The notes beneath the pieces are model-generated. The model ran no database searches. It saw only the letters and a program-made list of their open reading frames with translations, and was not told the DNA's origin. 64,000 nt of DNA from Candidatus Krumholzibacteriia bacterium (GTDB taxonomy: Bacteria; Krumholzibacteriota; Krumholzibacteriia; LZORAL124-64-63), in NCBI GenBank assembly GCA_046484865.1, contig JAWOID010000071.1, positions 1 to 64,000 on the forward strand, read 5' to 3'. Below, one piece after another: positions 10,471 through 19,470 of the stretch (position 1 is its first letter; every line of letters begins with the position of its first letter). The translations under genes were made by a program, and so were the position numbers.

Positions 10471-10857
10471 TCAGTCGGGGTCGGCGGCCGCCCCCGCCGG
10501 CAGCGCCGGACGCACCTTCAGGATGCGCTCGCGACGGATCTGCACGGTACCGGGCGGAGCGCCGCGCGGCTTGGTGACATAACGAGCGCGGGTGCAGGAG
10601 ACCGCCACCTGCCGGCCCTCGCGCAGCCGGCTGTGCCACGCCGCCACGGCAGCCGCCTGCTCCAGGGTGGTGCGATCGGGCTCCAGGCCGGCGCGGGCCC
10701 GCAGCAGCACGTGACTGCCCGGCTGCCCCCGGACGTGGAACCAGTAGTCGTCCGGCCGTGCCAGCTTCAGGCTCAGGGCGTCGTTGTCGGCGTCGGTCTT
10801 GCCGGCGAGAACTTCCCAGCCCTCCGGCAACTCGTAGACGTGGAGCGCAGGTTTCAC
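10471..10857 (-). CDS. Stand-alone NFACT-R (DUF814) RNA-binding domain protein
   Basis: GGAGG RBS plus GTG; GKTDADNDAL, DYWFHVRGQPGSHV, AAWHS and VTKPRGAPPG motifs. Confidence 0.8.
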   Translation of the reverse strand: MKPALHVYELPEGWEVLAGKTDADNDALSLKLARPDDYWFHVRGQPGSHVLLRARAGLEPDRTTLEQAAAVAAWHSRLREGRQVAVSCTRARYVTKPRGAPPGTVQIRRERILKVRPALPAGAAADPD

Positions 10858-11047
10858 GCTGACCTCCGTTTCGGGCGACGGTCGCCGACGATGATACCCG
10901 GAGCGACGGCGGCCGCAAGTACCGGGCCCGGCCGCCGGGCAGGCCGGTCCGGCCCGCACCTTGCTACACCTTGCGAGCGGCGAGCCGGCGAATGGTCCCA
11001 GGCCGCCGGCGGACCCCGGCGCGCGCCACCACAGCCCGGAGGCGACC

Positions 11048-11335
11048 ATGTTCAGGATCGAGCAGTGCAGCGACGGTCAGGTCAAGCTGTGGGGTCGTCT
11101 CGACGCCTTCGGGGTGGATCTGGCGCGGCCCGTGCTCGCCCGCGTCGGCGGCCGTTGCCGGGTGGACTGCGCGGCGCTCGAGTACGTGGCCAGCGCCGGG
11201 ATCGGCTTGCTGGTGGCCACCCACCGGCGGCTGATCGACCAGGGTGCCCCGGGGCTGGAACTGGTGAACCTCTCCTCGCAGGTGCGCGAGTTGCTGCAGC
11301 TGGCCGGTCTCGGCTACGTCTTCGAACTGGGCTGA
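11048..11335 (+). CDS. STAS domain protein (anti-sigma factor antagonist-like)
   Basis: GGAGG RBS; GRLD, VDCAALEYVASAGIGLL and VRELLQLAGL STAS pattern. Confidence 0.75.
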   Translation: MFRIEQCSDGQVKLWGRLDAFGVDLARPVLARVGGRCRVDCAALEYVASAGIGLLVATHRRLIDQGAPGLELVNLSSQVRELLQLAGLGYVFELG

Positions 11336-11553
11336 CCGCGCGCGCGCCGCCTTCCGGGGCTCGGATCCCCGGGCCGCAGCTCCTCCCCGACCCCCGCCAT
11401 ATCCGGGAACTCGACTCCATTGTTGCCGTTGGAGGGTCTGCCCGGCTACTATGGCGGGCCGGGCGGCCAGCGGCTCCGTCTGCCGGTGGCTGCGTCAATC
11501 ATCGCCAGCAAGCATTCCACGTTCACCAGATGGCCTTGCGAGGAGACCCGGAG

Positions 11554-12537
11554 ATGATCGAAGTACGCGACGTGAGCAAGCGATTCGGGACCACGGTCGC
11601 GCTCGACAGCATCTGCTTCCAGCTGGGGAAGGGAGAGGTGCTCGGCTTCCTCGGCCCGAACGGAGCCGGCAAGAGCACGACCATGAAGATCATCACCTCG
11701 TTCCTGGCGCCTGATGCCGGCCGGGTGGTGGTGGGCGGCCTGGACGTCGGCGAGCAGCCGCTCGCCGTCAGGGGACGGATCGGCTACCTCCCGGAGAACG
11801 TCCCCCTCTACCTGGACATGAACGTCGACGAGTACCTGCGCTTCGTGGGCGAGGCGCGAGGCCTCTCCGGAAACCGGCTGCGCGACCGCCTCGAGTGGTG
11901 TGTGGACGCCTGCGGACTGCGCACGGAGCTGAAGCGGCCCATCCAGGAGCTGTCGAAGGGATTCCGTCAGCGCACCGGTCTGGCCCAGGCGCTGATCCAC
12001 GACCCCGACATCCTGATCCTGGACGAGCCCACCTCCGGCCTGGATCCGCTGCAGATCATCGAGATCCGCGACCTCATCAAGAGCCTGGCCGGACAGAAGA
12101 CCATCATCTTCTCCACGCACATCCTGCAGGAGGTGCAGCCGGTCACCGACCGCGTGGTCATCATCCACGAGGGGCGCATCATCGCGGACGGGCTCGTGGG
12201 CGACCTCACGCGCCAGGCGATGGGCGACAACCGCGTGTTCGTGACCGTGGCCGGCGGCGACCAGCAGCAGCTGGAGGCCGAGCTGGCCGCGCTGCCGGGA
12301 GTGAAAGCTGTCGTCCGCCTGGACAGCGCTCCCGGGCTGGCCCGGTTCCAGCTACGCGGCGGCTTCGAGAGCGACATCGCCGGCGCCGCAGCCGCCCTGG
12401 CGCTCGAGCGCGGCTGGTCGCTGCGCGAACTCCACGAGCGGCACTTCAGCCTCGAGGACACCTTCATCGCCCTGACCCGCCGCTCCGATCGGCAGCCGGC
12501 GCAGCGCCCCGAGTCGGAGGTGGTGCAGCATGCGTAA
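11554..12537 (+). CDS. ABC ATP-binding protein, GldA-like
   Basis: GPNGAGKST, LSKGFRQR, ILDEPTSGLDP and STHILQEV motifs. Confidence 0.9.
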   Translation: MIEVRDVSKRFGTTVALDSICFQLGKGEVLGFLGPNGAGKSTTMKIITSFLAPDAGRVVVGGLDVGEQPLAVRGRIGYLPENVPLYLDMNVDEYLRFVGEARGLSGNRLRDRLEWCVDACGLRTELKRPIQELSKGFRQRTGLAQALIHDPDILILDEPTSGLDPLQIIEIRDLIKSLAGQKTIIFSTHILQEVQPVTDRVVIIHEGRIIADGLVGDLTRQAMGDNRVFVTVAGGDQQQLEAELAALPGVKAVVRLDSAPGLARFQLRGGFESDIAGAAAALALERGWSLRELHERHFSLEDTFIALTRRSDRQPAQRPESEVVQHA

Positions 12538-13255
12538 CGTGAGCGTGATCTTCCGCCGGGAGTTCCTCTCCTACTTCAACAGCCCCATCGCGTACATCTT
12601 CCTGATCGTCTTCCTGTTGCTGACGACCGGGCTGTTCATGATGCCGTTCTTCCTCGCCCGCGAGGCCGACCTGCGGCCCTACTTCGGCAACCTGCCCTTG
12701 CTGCTTTGCTTCTTCATTCCCGGCATCTCCATGCGGCTGTGGGCCGAGGACAAGCGGCGCGGCACGTTCGAGATGCTCATGACCATGCCCATGCGCGCCA
12801 GCGAGGTGATGCTCGGCAAGTACTTCGCTGCGCTGGCCTTCTACCTGGTCGCGCTGGCGGGAACCCTGCCGCTGCCGATCATGCTCAACGTGCTCGGCAA
12901 CCCGGACAACGGGATGATCTTCAGCGGCTATCTGGGCGCCATCCTGCTGGGGGCCGTCTACCTGAGCGTGGGCATCTTCATCAGCGGCCTCATGCACGAC
13001 CAGATCTCCGCCCTCATCCTGGGCGTGATGGCGTGCCTGGCCATGAACCTGTTCGGCTACCCCTTCGTGGCCACCTTCTTCGACGGCTGGCGTGACGGGC
13101 TGGGTACGCTCCTGCAGCGGTTCCTCGGCCTCTCCGCGCACTACCAGCCCATGCTCGACGGTCTGGTGGCCCTGGGCGACCTCACCTACTTCGTGGCCCT
13201 GAGCGCCGTCTTCCTCGCGCTCAACAGCCTCTGGCTGGAAGGGAGGAAGTACTGA
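12530..13255 (+). CDS. ABC permease, GldF-like
   Basis: REFLSYFNSPIAY, SMRLWAEDKRRGTFE and GKYFA motifs; about six TMs. Confidence 0.85.
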   Translation: MRNVSVIFRREFLSYFNSPIAYIFLIVFLLLTTGLFMMPFFLAREADLRPYFGNLPLLLCFFIPGISMRLWAEDKRRGTFEMLMTMPMRASEVMLGKYFAALAFYLVALAGTLPLPIMLNVLGNPDNGMIFSGYLGAILLGAVYLSVGIFISGLMHDQISALILGVMACLAMNLFGYPFVATFFDGWRDGLGTLLQRFLGLSAHYQPMLDGLVALGDLTYFVALSAVFLALNSLWLEGRKY

Positions 13256-15003
13256 TGAGCGGCAAGCGACGCAACTTCCGGATCACCTTCACGGTGGCGG
13301 CGGTGCTGCTGGCCGGGATCGCCGGACTGGCCATCTCCGTGACCAGCGACCTGCGCGGCGCCCGCCTGGACCTGACCAGCGAGAAGCGCTTCACGATGTC
13401 GCCGGCCGCGGCGCAGGTGCTGGGCGAGCTCGCGGTGCCCATCCAGGTGCAGCTCTACATCACGCCCGAGAGCAGGATGCCGACCGAGCTGAAGAACCTG
13501 GAGCGGGACATCACCGAGCAGCTCGCGAACTTCGAGCGCGTGTCGGACGGCATGCTCCAGTTCGGCGTGCTGAATCCCCAGGACGACGAGGAGCTGCAGG
13601 ATCGGCTGATGCAGAAGGGCATCCGCCCCTTCCAGGTGCAATCGGTGGACAAGGACGAGTTCGGCGTGAAGCTCATCTGGAGCGCGCTGACGATCGCGTA
13701 CAAGGACCATCCGGAGGAGGTGATCCCGCAGATCCTCCCCTATACCCTGGGCGCGCTGGAGTCGCTGGTGGTGGGGCCGGTGTACCGGCTCACCCGGGAG
13801 AACGTGCCGAAGGTGGCGGTCTTCGCGCCGCTCACCGAGGTCGATCCCCAGGTCGCCATGATGTACCTGCAGCAGGGCATGCAGCCGCCGCAGCCCACGG
13901 ACGAGTACGCGCGCATCGCCGAGCTGCTCGAGCAGCAGCACTACGAGGCGACGCGCATCGAGCTGACCGAGGACTCGCCCATTCCCGCGGACGCCGACCT
14001 GCTGCTGGTACTCAACCCGCGCCGGCTCGGGGAACGGCAGGCATTCGAGATCAACCGCGCGCTGAGCAACGGCATCCCCACGCTGATGGCCGTCCAGGCC
14101 CACACCTACAACTACTCGCCGGCACCACGCGGTGGCTGGAGCATCTCGGCCGTCGAGAACACCACCGGGCTCGAGGATCTGCTCGCCGGACTCGGCGTGA
14201 GCGTCGTGCAGGATCACTTCATGGACCAGTCCATGCAGGTCCTGGAACTGCCTCGCGAGGTGAACCTCGGCGGGCTGCGCATGCAGACCCGCGAGCCGGT
14301 CCAGGCGCCGATCCAGATCCTGGTGACCGGCGACAACATGAGCGATGTCGCGGTCACCAGCCATCTCGGCTCGCTGCTCTACCTCTGGGGCACACCGGTG
14401 GAGGTGGACCGGGCGCGACTGGCCGAGAACGCGCTCGCGGCGACCACGCTGATGACGAGCAGCGACGAGAGCTGGCGGGTGGAGTTCCAGCCCGGCCAGA
14501 TGACGGCGTCCATGTTCGATCCCGGCCAGCACACGATGACCGGTCCGGCACCCCTGGCCGTCATGGTGGAAGGACAGTTCCCCGACACCTTCGCCGGCGA
14601 GGTGCCCGCGTGGCCGGTCGACGCCGCCGAGGACACGGCGGCGACCGCGACCCAGGGGCCGGTCGTCGCCACGCCACTCGACCCGCGCCCCAGCCGCCTG
14701 ATCGTCGTGGGCTGCGGCAAGATGTTCGATGACAACGTGATCCAGGGCGCCCAGAATGCTCTTCTGCTGGCCAATTCGGTGGATTACCTGGCCGGCGCCG
14801 AGGAACTGCTCTCCATCCGCTCCAGGACGCTGACCCGCCGGTTCGTCGAGCAGGTGTCGGCGGGCGAGAAGCTCCTCTGGCGCTTCCTGGCCGTACTCCT
14901 GGTGCCGGTCCTGGTGGCGGCCTTCGGCATCACCCGCTCCACCCTGCGTCGCCGGGAGGCCACCCGTTACCGGGCTCGCCTGCGACGCGCCCCTGCGGTC
15001 TGA
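13255..15003 (+). CDS. GldG-like ABC auxiliary periplasmic component
   Basis: N-terminal TM, RLDLTSEKRFTMS, NALLLANSVDYL...LLSIRSR, C-terminal TM. Confidence 0.8.
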   Translation: MSGKRRNFRITFTVAAVLLAGIAGLAISVTSDLRGARLDLTSEKRFTMSPAAAQVLGELAVPIQVQLYITPESRMPTELKNLERDITEQLANFERVSDGMLQFGVLNPQDDEELQDRLMQKGIRPFQVQSVDKDEFGVKLIWSALTIAYKDHPEEVIPQILPYTLGALESLVVGPVYRLTRENVPKVAVFAPLTEVDPQVAMMYLQQGMQPPQPTDEYARIAELLEQQHYEATRIELTEDSPIPADADLLLVLNPRRLGERQAFEINRALSNGIPTLMAVQAHTYNYSPAPRGGWSISAVENTTGLEDLLAGLGVSVVQDHFMDQSMQVLELPREVNLGGLRMQTREPVQAPIQILVTGDNMSDVAVTSHLGSLLYLWGTPVEVDRARLAENALAATTLMTSSDESWRVEFQPGQMTASMFDPGQHTMTGPAPLAVMVEGQFPDTFAGEVPAWPVDAAEDTAATATQGPVVATPLDPRPSRLIVVGCGKMFDDNVIQGAQNALLLANSVDYLAGAEELLSIRSRTLTRRFVEQVSAGEKLLWRFLAVLLVPVLVAAFGITRSTLRRREATRYRARLRRAPAV

Positions 15004-15019
15004 GGAAAGGAGGACGACC

Positions 15020-16099
15020 GTGCTGAAGACGCGCAACCTGATCATCCTCGCCGTCGTGCTCCTGGCGCTGCTGGGCGTGCGGCTGGTGCTGGATCGCGAC
15101 CACGACCGGTCGGTGAACCGCGCCGGCGTGGACACGCTGCTCCCGGAGGACCTGACCGCCGAGGATCTCGGCTCGGTGGTGGTGGGTTTCGGTGACGACG
15201 AGGAGGCGCTGGTGCTCGAGCGCCACCCGGACGGCTGGGTCGTGGCCACCGCCTGGGACAGCCGCGCCAGCGAGCAGCGGATCGATTCGCTGCTCGACGG
15301 TCTGTCGGGGCTCGGCGGCGAGTTCCGCTCCGACAGCCCGGCCGTGCTGGCGGATTATGGCTTCACCGACTCGACGACCGTCCGTATCACCGGTCGCGAC
15401 CCGCAGGGCCAGGAGGTGTTCGCGATCGAGGTGGGGCGCAAGCCGGAACGCGCGGTGGGCAATTTCGTGCGCCGGCCCGGCGACGACCGGGTGTACCTGG
15501 CCAGCAGGCCGGTGCTCGCCAATCTCGGCATCCACGGTGCGGAGCCGCAGGCGCCGCAATCTCGCCAGTTCCTGGATCTGCAATTGCAGCAACTGGACCG
15601 CCAGGAGGTGGACGCCATCGCGCTGTACACCCCCGACGGCACCGTGAAGCTCCGCAAGGAGTTCGCCGAGCCCGCGGCGGTCGCCGGCGACGCTGCTGCC
15701 GGAGACGCGGCAACCGACGGCGTCGGATTCGCTCCCGGCGAACCCGGACGCGGCGTCTGGGAATGGCGCCTGGCCGAACCCCGCAGCGAACCGGCGGCCA
15801 AGACCAGGGCGGATGCCGTGCTCGGCGCCGTCACCTCGGTGCGGGCATCCGACGTGGCCGATCCGGATGCCGACCTCGCCACCTACGGCCTGGCAGAGCC
15901 AGAGCGCCGCGCGGTCGTCGAGTTGACCGGCGGACGCACGGTCACCCTCGCCTTCGGCGATCGCCGCGAGGCCGCCGAGGGAGCCACGGCCGGCGTCTAC
16001 GCGCAGGTGGAGGGCGAGGACACCGTCTGGGTCGTGAGCGAGTACGTGGTGAACAACATCTTCAAGAGCCGCGACGACCTGGTGCCGCCGCAGAGCTGA
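15020..16099 (+). CDS. DUF4340 domain protein
   Basis: N-terminal TM; duplicated 'LADYGF/LATYGL' domain; usual fourth gene of GldAFG-like operons. Confidence 0.75.
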   Translation: MLKTRNLIILAVVLLALLGVRLVLDRDHDRSVNRAGVDTLLPEDLTAEDLGSVVVGFGDDEEALVLERHPDGWVVATAWDSRASEQRIDSLLDGLSGLGGEFRSDSPAVLADYGFTDSTTVRITGRDPQGQEVFAIEVGRKPERAVGNFVRRPGDDRVYLASRPVLANLGIHGAEPQAPQSRQFLDLQLQQLDRQEVDAIALYTPDGTVKLRKEFAEPAAVAGDAAAGDAATDGVGFAPGEPGRGVWEWRLAEPRSEPAAKTRADAVLGAVTSVRASDVADPDADLATYGLAEPERRAVVELTGGRTVTLAFGDRREAAEGATAGVYAQVEGEDTVWVVSEYVVNNIFKSRDDLVPPQS

Positions 16100-16119
16100 G
16101 GCGGCGGCGAGGCTCTCGG

Positions 16120-16157
16120 TGCGGGACGCCGGCTTCCTTCGAAGCCGGCGTCCTGCA
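16120..16157 (+). terminator. Hairpin terminator after the gld-like operon
   Basis: 17-bp stem TGCGGGACGCCGGCTTC/GAAGCCGGCGTCCTGCA (one G-U) with a CTTC loop. Confidence 0.65.
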
Positions 16158-16241
16158 GATCGTGTTTCTGCCGGGACTCTGGCCGAGCTGGCGACGGACT
16201 GCGATCTCCCCCGGCGACCGGGGGTCGGAGAGAAGCGCGGC

Positions 16242-17840
16242 ATGATCGTACGAGAGACGCACGAGCCAGGTTCCCCGCGACCCGCCGGCGCCGACCCGAC
16301 GCTGTGGTCGGCGGTCCGGCGTCTGGTCCCCAGCCTGCGGGGCGCGGCGGTGGCCGCCGTCCTGCTCCTGGGGCTGATCTGGGCCAAGAACCACAGTTAT
16401 CTCCTCTTCCACAGCCTGGTCGAACTCACCAGCGTCGTCGTCGCCGGCAGCGCCTTCGTGGTGGCCTGGAACGCGCGGCGCTACCAGGAGGACAGTTTCC
16501 TCCTTTTTCTCGGCGCAGCGCTCCTCACGGTGGGTGGTCTCGACCTCGTCCACACCCTCGCCTACACCGGCATGGGCGTCTTTGCCACGACGAGCGCCGA
16601 TCCCGCCACCCAGCTGTGGCTCGCGGCGCGGTACGTCACCGCGGGATCGTTCCTGATCGCCCCCTTCCTCGTCGGCCGGCGGGTCCGGACCGGAGTGCTG
16701 GCGCTCGCCTTCGCGGCCATCCTGGCGCTGGCGCTGGCGACGATCCTGGTCTGGCGCGTGTTCCCGACCGCCTACGTCGACGGCCAGGGCCTGACGGCCT
16801 TCAAGGTCGTCAGCGAGTACGTCATCTGTGGGCTCATCCTGGTCGCCATGGCGGCGCTCTGGCGCCGGCGGCAAGCGTTCGAACCCGGCGTCCTCATCCT
16901 GCTGATCGCCGCCATGGGCGTGACGATCATCCAGGAACTGGCCTTCACGCTCTACGACGATCCCTACGCCACCTGGAACTTCGTTGGCCACTGCCTGAAG
17001 CTCCTGGCCTTCTTCCTGCTCTACAAGGCGATCGTCGAAACCGGGCTCCTCCGGCCCTTCGACCTGCTCTTCCGCGATCTGCGGCTCCGTGAGGAGGAGT
17101 TGCGAGCCCTCAACGAGACGCTCGAGCAGCGCGTTGCGCAGCGCACCGCCGAGGCCCGCGACCGCGCTCTCCAGCTGCAGAAGATGGCCGCCCAGCTGGC
17201 CGGGGCCGAGGAGCGGGAGCGCCACCGCCTCGCCCAGGTCCTGCACGATCACCTCCAGCAACTGCTCGTCGCTGCCGTCATGCGGTCGCGTCGGGCCACC
17301 GAACGGACGGAGGACGCGGGCTGCCAGCAGAGCTTCCGGGAGATCACCGACCTGGTGGAACAGTCGATCGAGGCCTCGCGCTCGTTGACGGTCGAGCTCT
17401 CCCCGCCCATCGTCTACTCTGCCGGCCTCGTCGCCGGTCTGGAGTGGCTCCAGCGCACGACCCGCGAAACCCACCTGCTGGAGCTCGAGATCGCGGCCGA
17501 TCCGCGGGTCGAGTCGCTGATCGCGCAGGACGAGAAGGTATTCCTCTTCCGGGCAGCACGAGAGTTCGTCTTCAACGCCGTCAAGCACTCCGGGTCGAAG
17601 CGGGCGACGGTCACGCTGTTCAGCGACGGCGCCGAGAAGGTCGGCATCAGCGTCGAGGACGAAGGCCGGGGCTGCGATCCGGAGCAGGCGCTGCGCGGAC
17701 GCGCGGCCGGCGGCTATGGTCTGCTGAGCCTCAAGGAACGCGCCGACCTGCTCGGCGGGGAGCTGCAGTTCGCGAGCGTGCCCGGATCAGGCACCCGGGC
17801 GAGTCTCTGGCTCCCGGCCGGCGATCGTGCGCCGAGCTAG
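16242..17840 (+). CDS. MASE3-domain sensor histidine kinase (HisKA_3/NarX-like)
   Basis: NHSYLLFHSLVEL and DLVHTLAYTGM MASE3 motifs; ERHRLAQVLHDHLQQ H-box; NAVKHS, DEGRG and GYGL HATPase boxes. Confidence 0.85.
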   Translation: MIVRETHEPGSPRPAGADPTLWSAVRRLVPSLRGAAVAAVLLLGLIWAKNHSYLLFHSLVELTSVVVAGSAFVVAWNARRYQEDSFLLFLGAALLTVGGLDLVHTLAYTGMGVFATTSADPATQLWLAARYVTAGSFLIAPFLVGRRVRTGVLALAFAAILALALATILVWRVFPTAYVDGQGLTAFKVVSEYVICGLILVAMAALWRRRQAFEPGVLILLIAAMGVTIIQELAFTLYDDPYATWNFVGHCLKLLAFFLLYKAIVETGLLRPFDLLFRDLRLREEELRALNETLEQRVAQRTAEARDRALQLQKMAAQLAGAEERERHRLAQVLHDHLQQLLVAAVMRSRRATERTEDAGCQQSFREITDLVEQSIEASRSLTVELSPPIVYSAGLVAGLEWLQRTTRETHLLELEIAADPRVESLIAQDEKVFLFRAAREFVFNAVKHSGSKRATVTLFSDGAEKVGISVEDEGRGCDPEQALRGRAAGGYGLLSLKERADLLGGELQFASVPGSGTRASLWLPAGDRAPS

Positions 17841-17926
17841 CGCTCCATTTTCCCTCGACCGATCCGTGTGTTACGTTAGCCGCGACCGGATCCGGTTGTC
17901 GGCAACCCCGCAGCGGGAGGACCCCC

Positions 17927-19333
17927 TTGAGCGATAGCAAGGCCACCGCGCGCGCGAGCGACAAGGACGCCCCGCGCCTGCTGCTGAAGAACGGCAAGGT
18001 GCTCGACTACTACCCCCTGGAGCTGGCGGCGGACCCTGCGCCACGGGTGGAGGCGGTGGACCTCCGGATGGCGGACGGACGCATCGCCGAACGCGGTCCC
18101 GACCTGGCGCCGGCCGAGGGCGAGCACGTGGTGGATCTCCGCGGTGCCGTCGTGCTGCCGGGCAACATCAACGCCCACACGCACCTCTTCAGCGCCCTCG
18201 CCTCCGGCATGCCCCTGCCGGACGACCCGCCGCATTCCTTCACCGACGTGCTGGCGGAGATCTGGTGGCCGCTGGACCGCGCCCTCGACGCCGAGACCAT
18301 CTACCTGAGCGCGGCGGCCGGCGCCTGGGACGCGGTGCGTTGCGGGACCACGCTGCTCTTCGACCACCACAGCAGCCTCTCCTGCGTGAAGGACTCGCTG
18401 GACCGCGTGGAACAGGGCATCGCGACCGTGGGGCTGCGCGGGTGTCTCTGCTACGAGGTGACCGACCGCGGCGGCAAGGGTCTGCGCGACATCATGCTCG
18501 AGGAGAACGAGCGCTACCTGCAGAAACTGCGCGACAAACCGCAGTCCGGGCTCCCGCGCTTCAAGGGCATGGTGGGCGCCCACGCCAGCTTCACGCTGGA
18601 GGAGCGGACGCTGGAGCTGCTCGCAGGCATCTGCCAGCGTCAAAACGCCGGCGTGCACATGCACCTGGCCGAGGGTTCGACTGACCGCGAGATCAGCCAG
18701 GAGCGGGGCTGGAAGGACCCGCTGGACCGGCTCGTGGGCTTCGGTCTCGTGCGTCCGCGCAGCATCTTCGTCCATGGCGTGGATCTCACGCCGCTCGACA
18801 TGCAGACCCTCGAGGAACGCCGGGCCTGGCTGGTGCATTGCGGCCGCTCGAACATGAACAGCGGCGTGGGTCGCGCGCCGGTGGACCGCTTCCCCTCGCG
18901 CTGCGCCCTCGGCACCGACGGTCTGGACGACAACATGTGGGGCGAGGTGCGCACGACCTACTTCCGCGGCAACGAGGGTGGCCGCGGTCCGCTGAACATC
19001 CCGGGTGCCGCTCGCTTCTGGCTGGGAGGATACCGGCTCGCCCGCGAGGTGTTCGAGGAACCCTACGGCAGCCTCGACACCGGCGCCCCGGCCGACCTGG
19101 TGGTGCTCGACCAGTTCCAGAAGACGCCGCTGACCTCCCGCACCTGGATGAACCACCTGCTCTACGATTTCCATCCCTGGGACATCGACTCCGTGTACGT
19201 GGGCGGCCGGCGCGTGTACCACAGTGGCGACGCTCCGCCGGTGGACCCGGACGTGCTGCAGGAGGCGGCCGGACGGCTGTGGCGGGCGATGGGACTCGAG
19301 ACGGAGCCGAGCCGCGAGCCGCCCCGAGCTTGA
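17927..19333 (+). CDS. SsnA-like metal-dependent amidohydrolase
   Basis: GGGAGG RBS plus TTG; NAHTHLFS, GTTLLFDHH, HASFTL, HLAEG, HCGRSNMN and LGTDG motifs. Confidence 0.75.
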   Translation: MSDSKATARASDKDAPRLLLKNGKVLDYYPLELAADPAPRVEAVDLRMADGRIAERGPDLAPAEGEHVVDLRGAVVLPGNINAHTHLFSALASGMPLPDDPPHSFTDVLAEIWWPLDRALDAETIYLSAAAGAWDAVRCGTTLLFDHHSSLSCVKDSLDRVEQGIATVGLRGCLCYEVTDRGGKGLRDIMLEENERYLQKLRDKPQSGLPRFKGMVGAHASFTLEERTLELLAGICQRQNAGVHMHLAEGSTDREISQERGWKDPLDRLVGFGLVRPRSIFVHGVDLTPLDMQTLEERRAWLVHCGRSNMNSGVGRAPVDRFPSRCALGTDGLDDNMWGEVRTTYFRGNEGGRGPLNIPGAARFWLGGYRLAREVFEEPYGSLDTGAPADLVVLDQFQKTPLTSRTWMNHLLYDFHPWDIDSVYVGGRRVYHSGDAPPVDPDVLQEAAGRLWRAMGLETEPSREPPRA

Positions 19334-19354
19334 CGCCAGGCCTCGGAGACGAAC

Positions 19355-19394
19355 GACGGGGCCGGTCTGCACGCTGCTGCAGGCCGGCCCCGTC
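19355..19394. terminator. Hairpin between convergent genes
   Basis: 17-bp stem GACGGGGCCGGTCTGCA/TGCAGGCCGGCCCCGTC with a 6-nt loop. Confidence 0.65.
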
Positions 19395-19470
19395 TCGTGG
19401 GCGCGATGATGCGCTGCGGCAGGGCGGCAGGCGGCCCCGGGAGCAACTGTCCGCTGGCAGCCGTCCCCCG

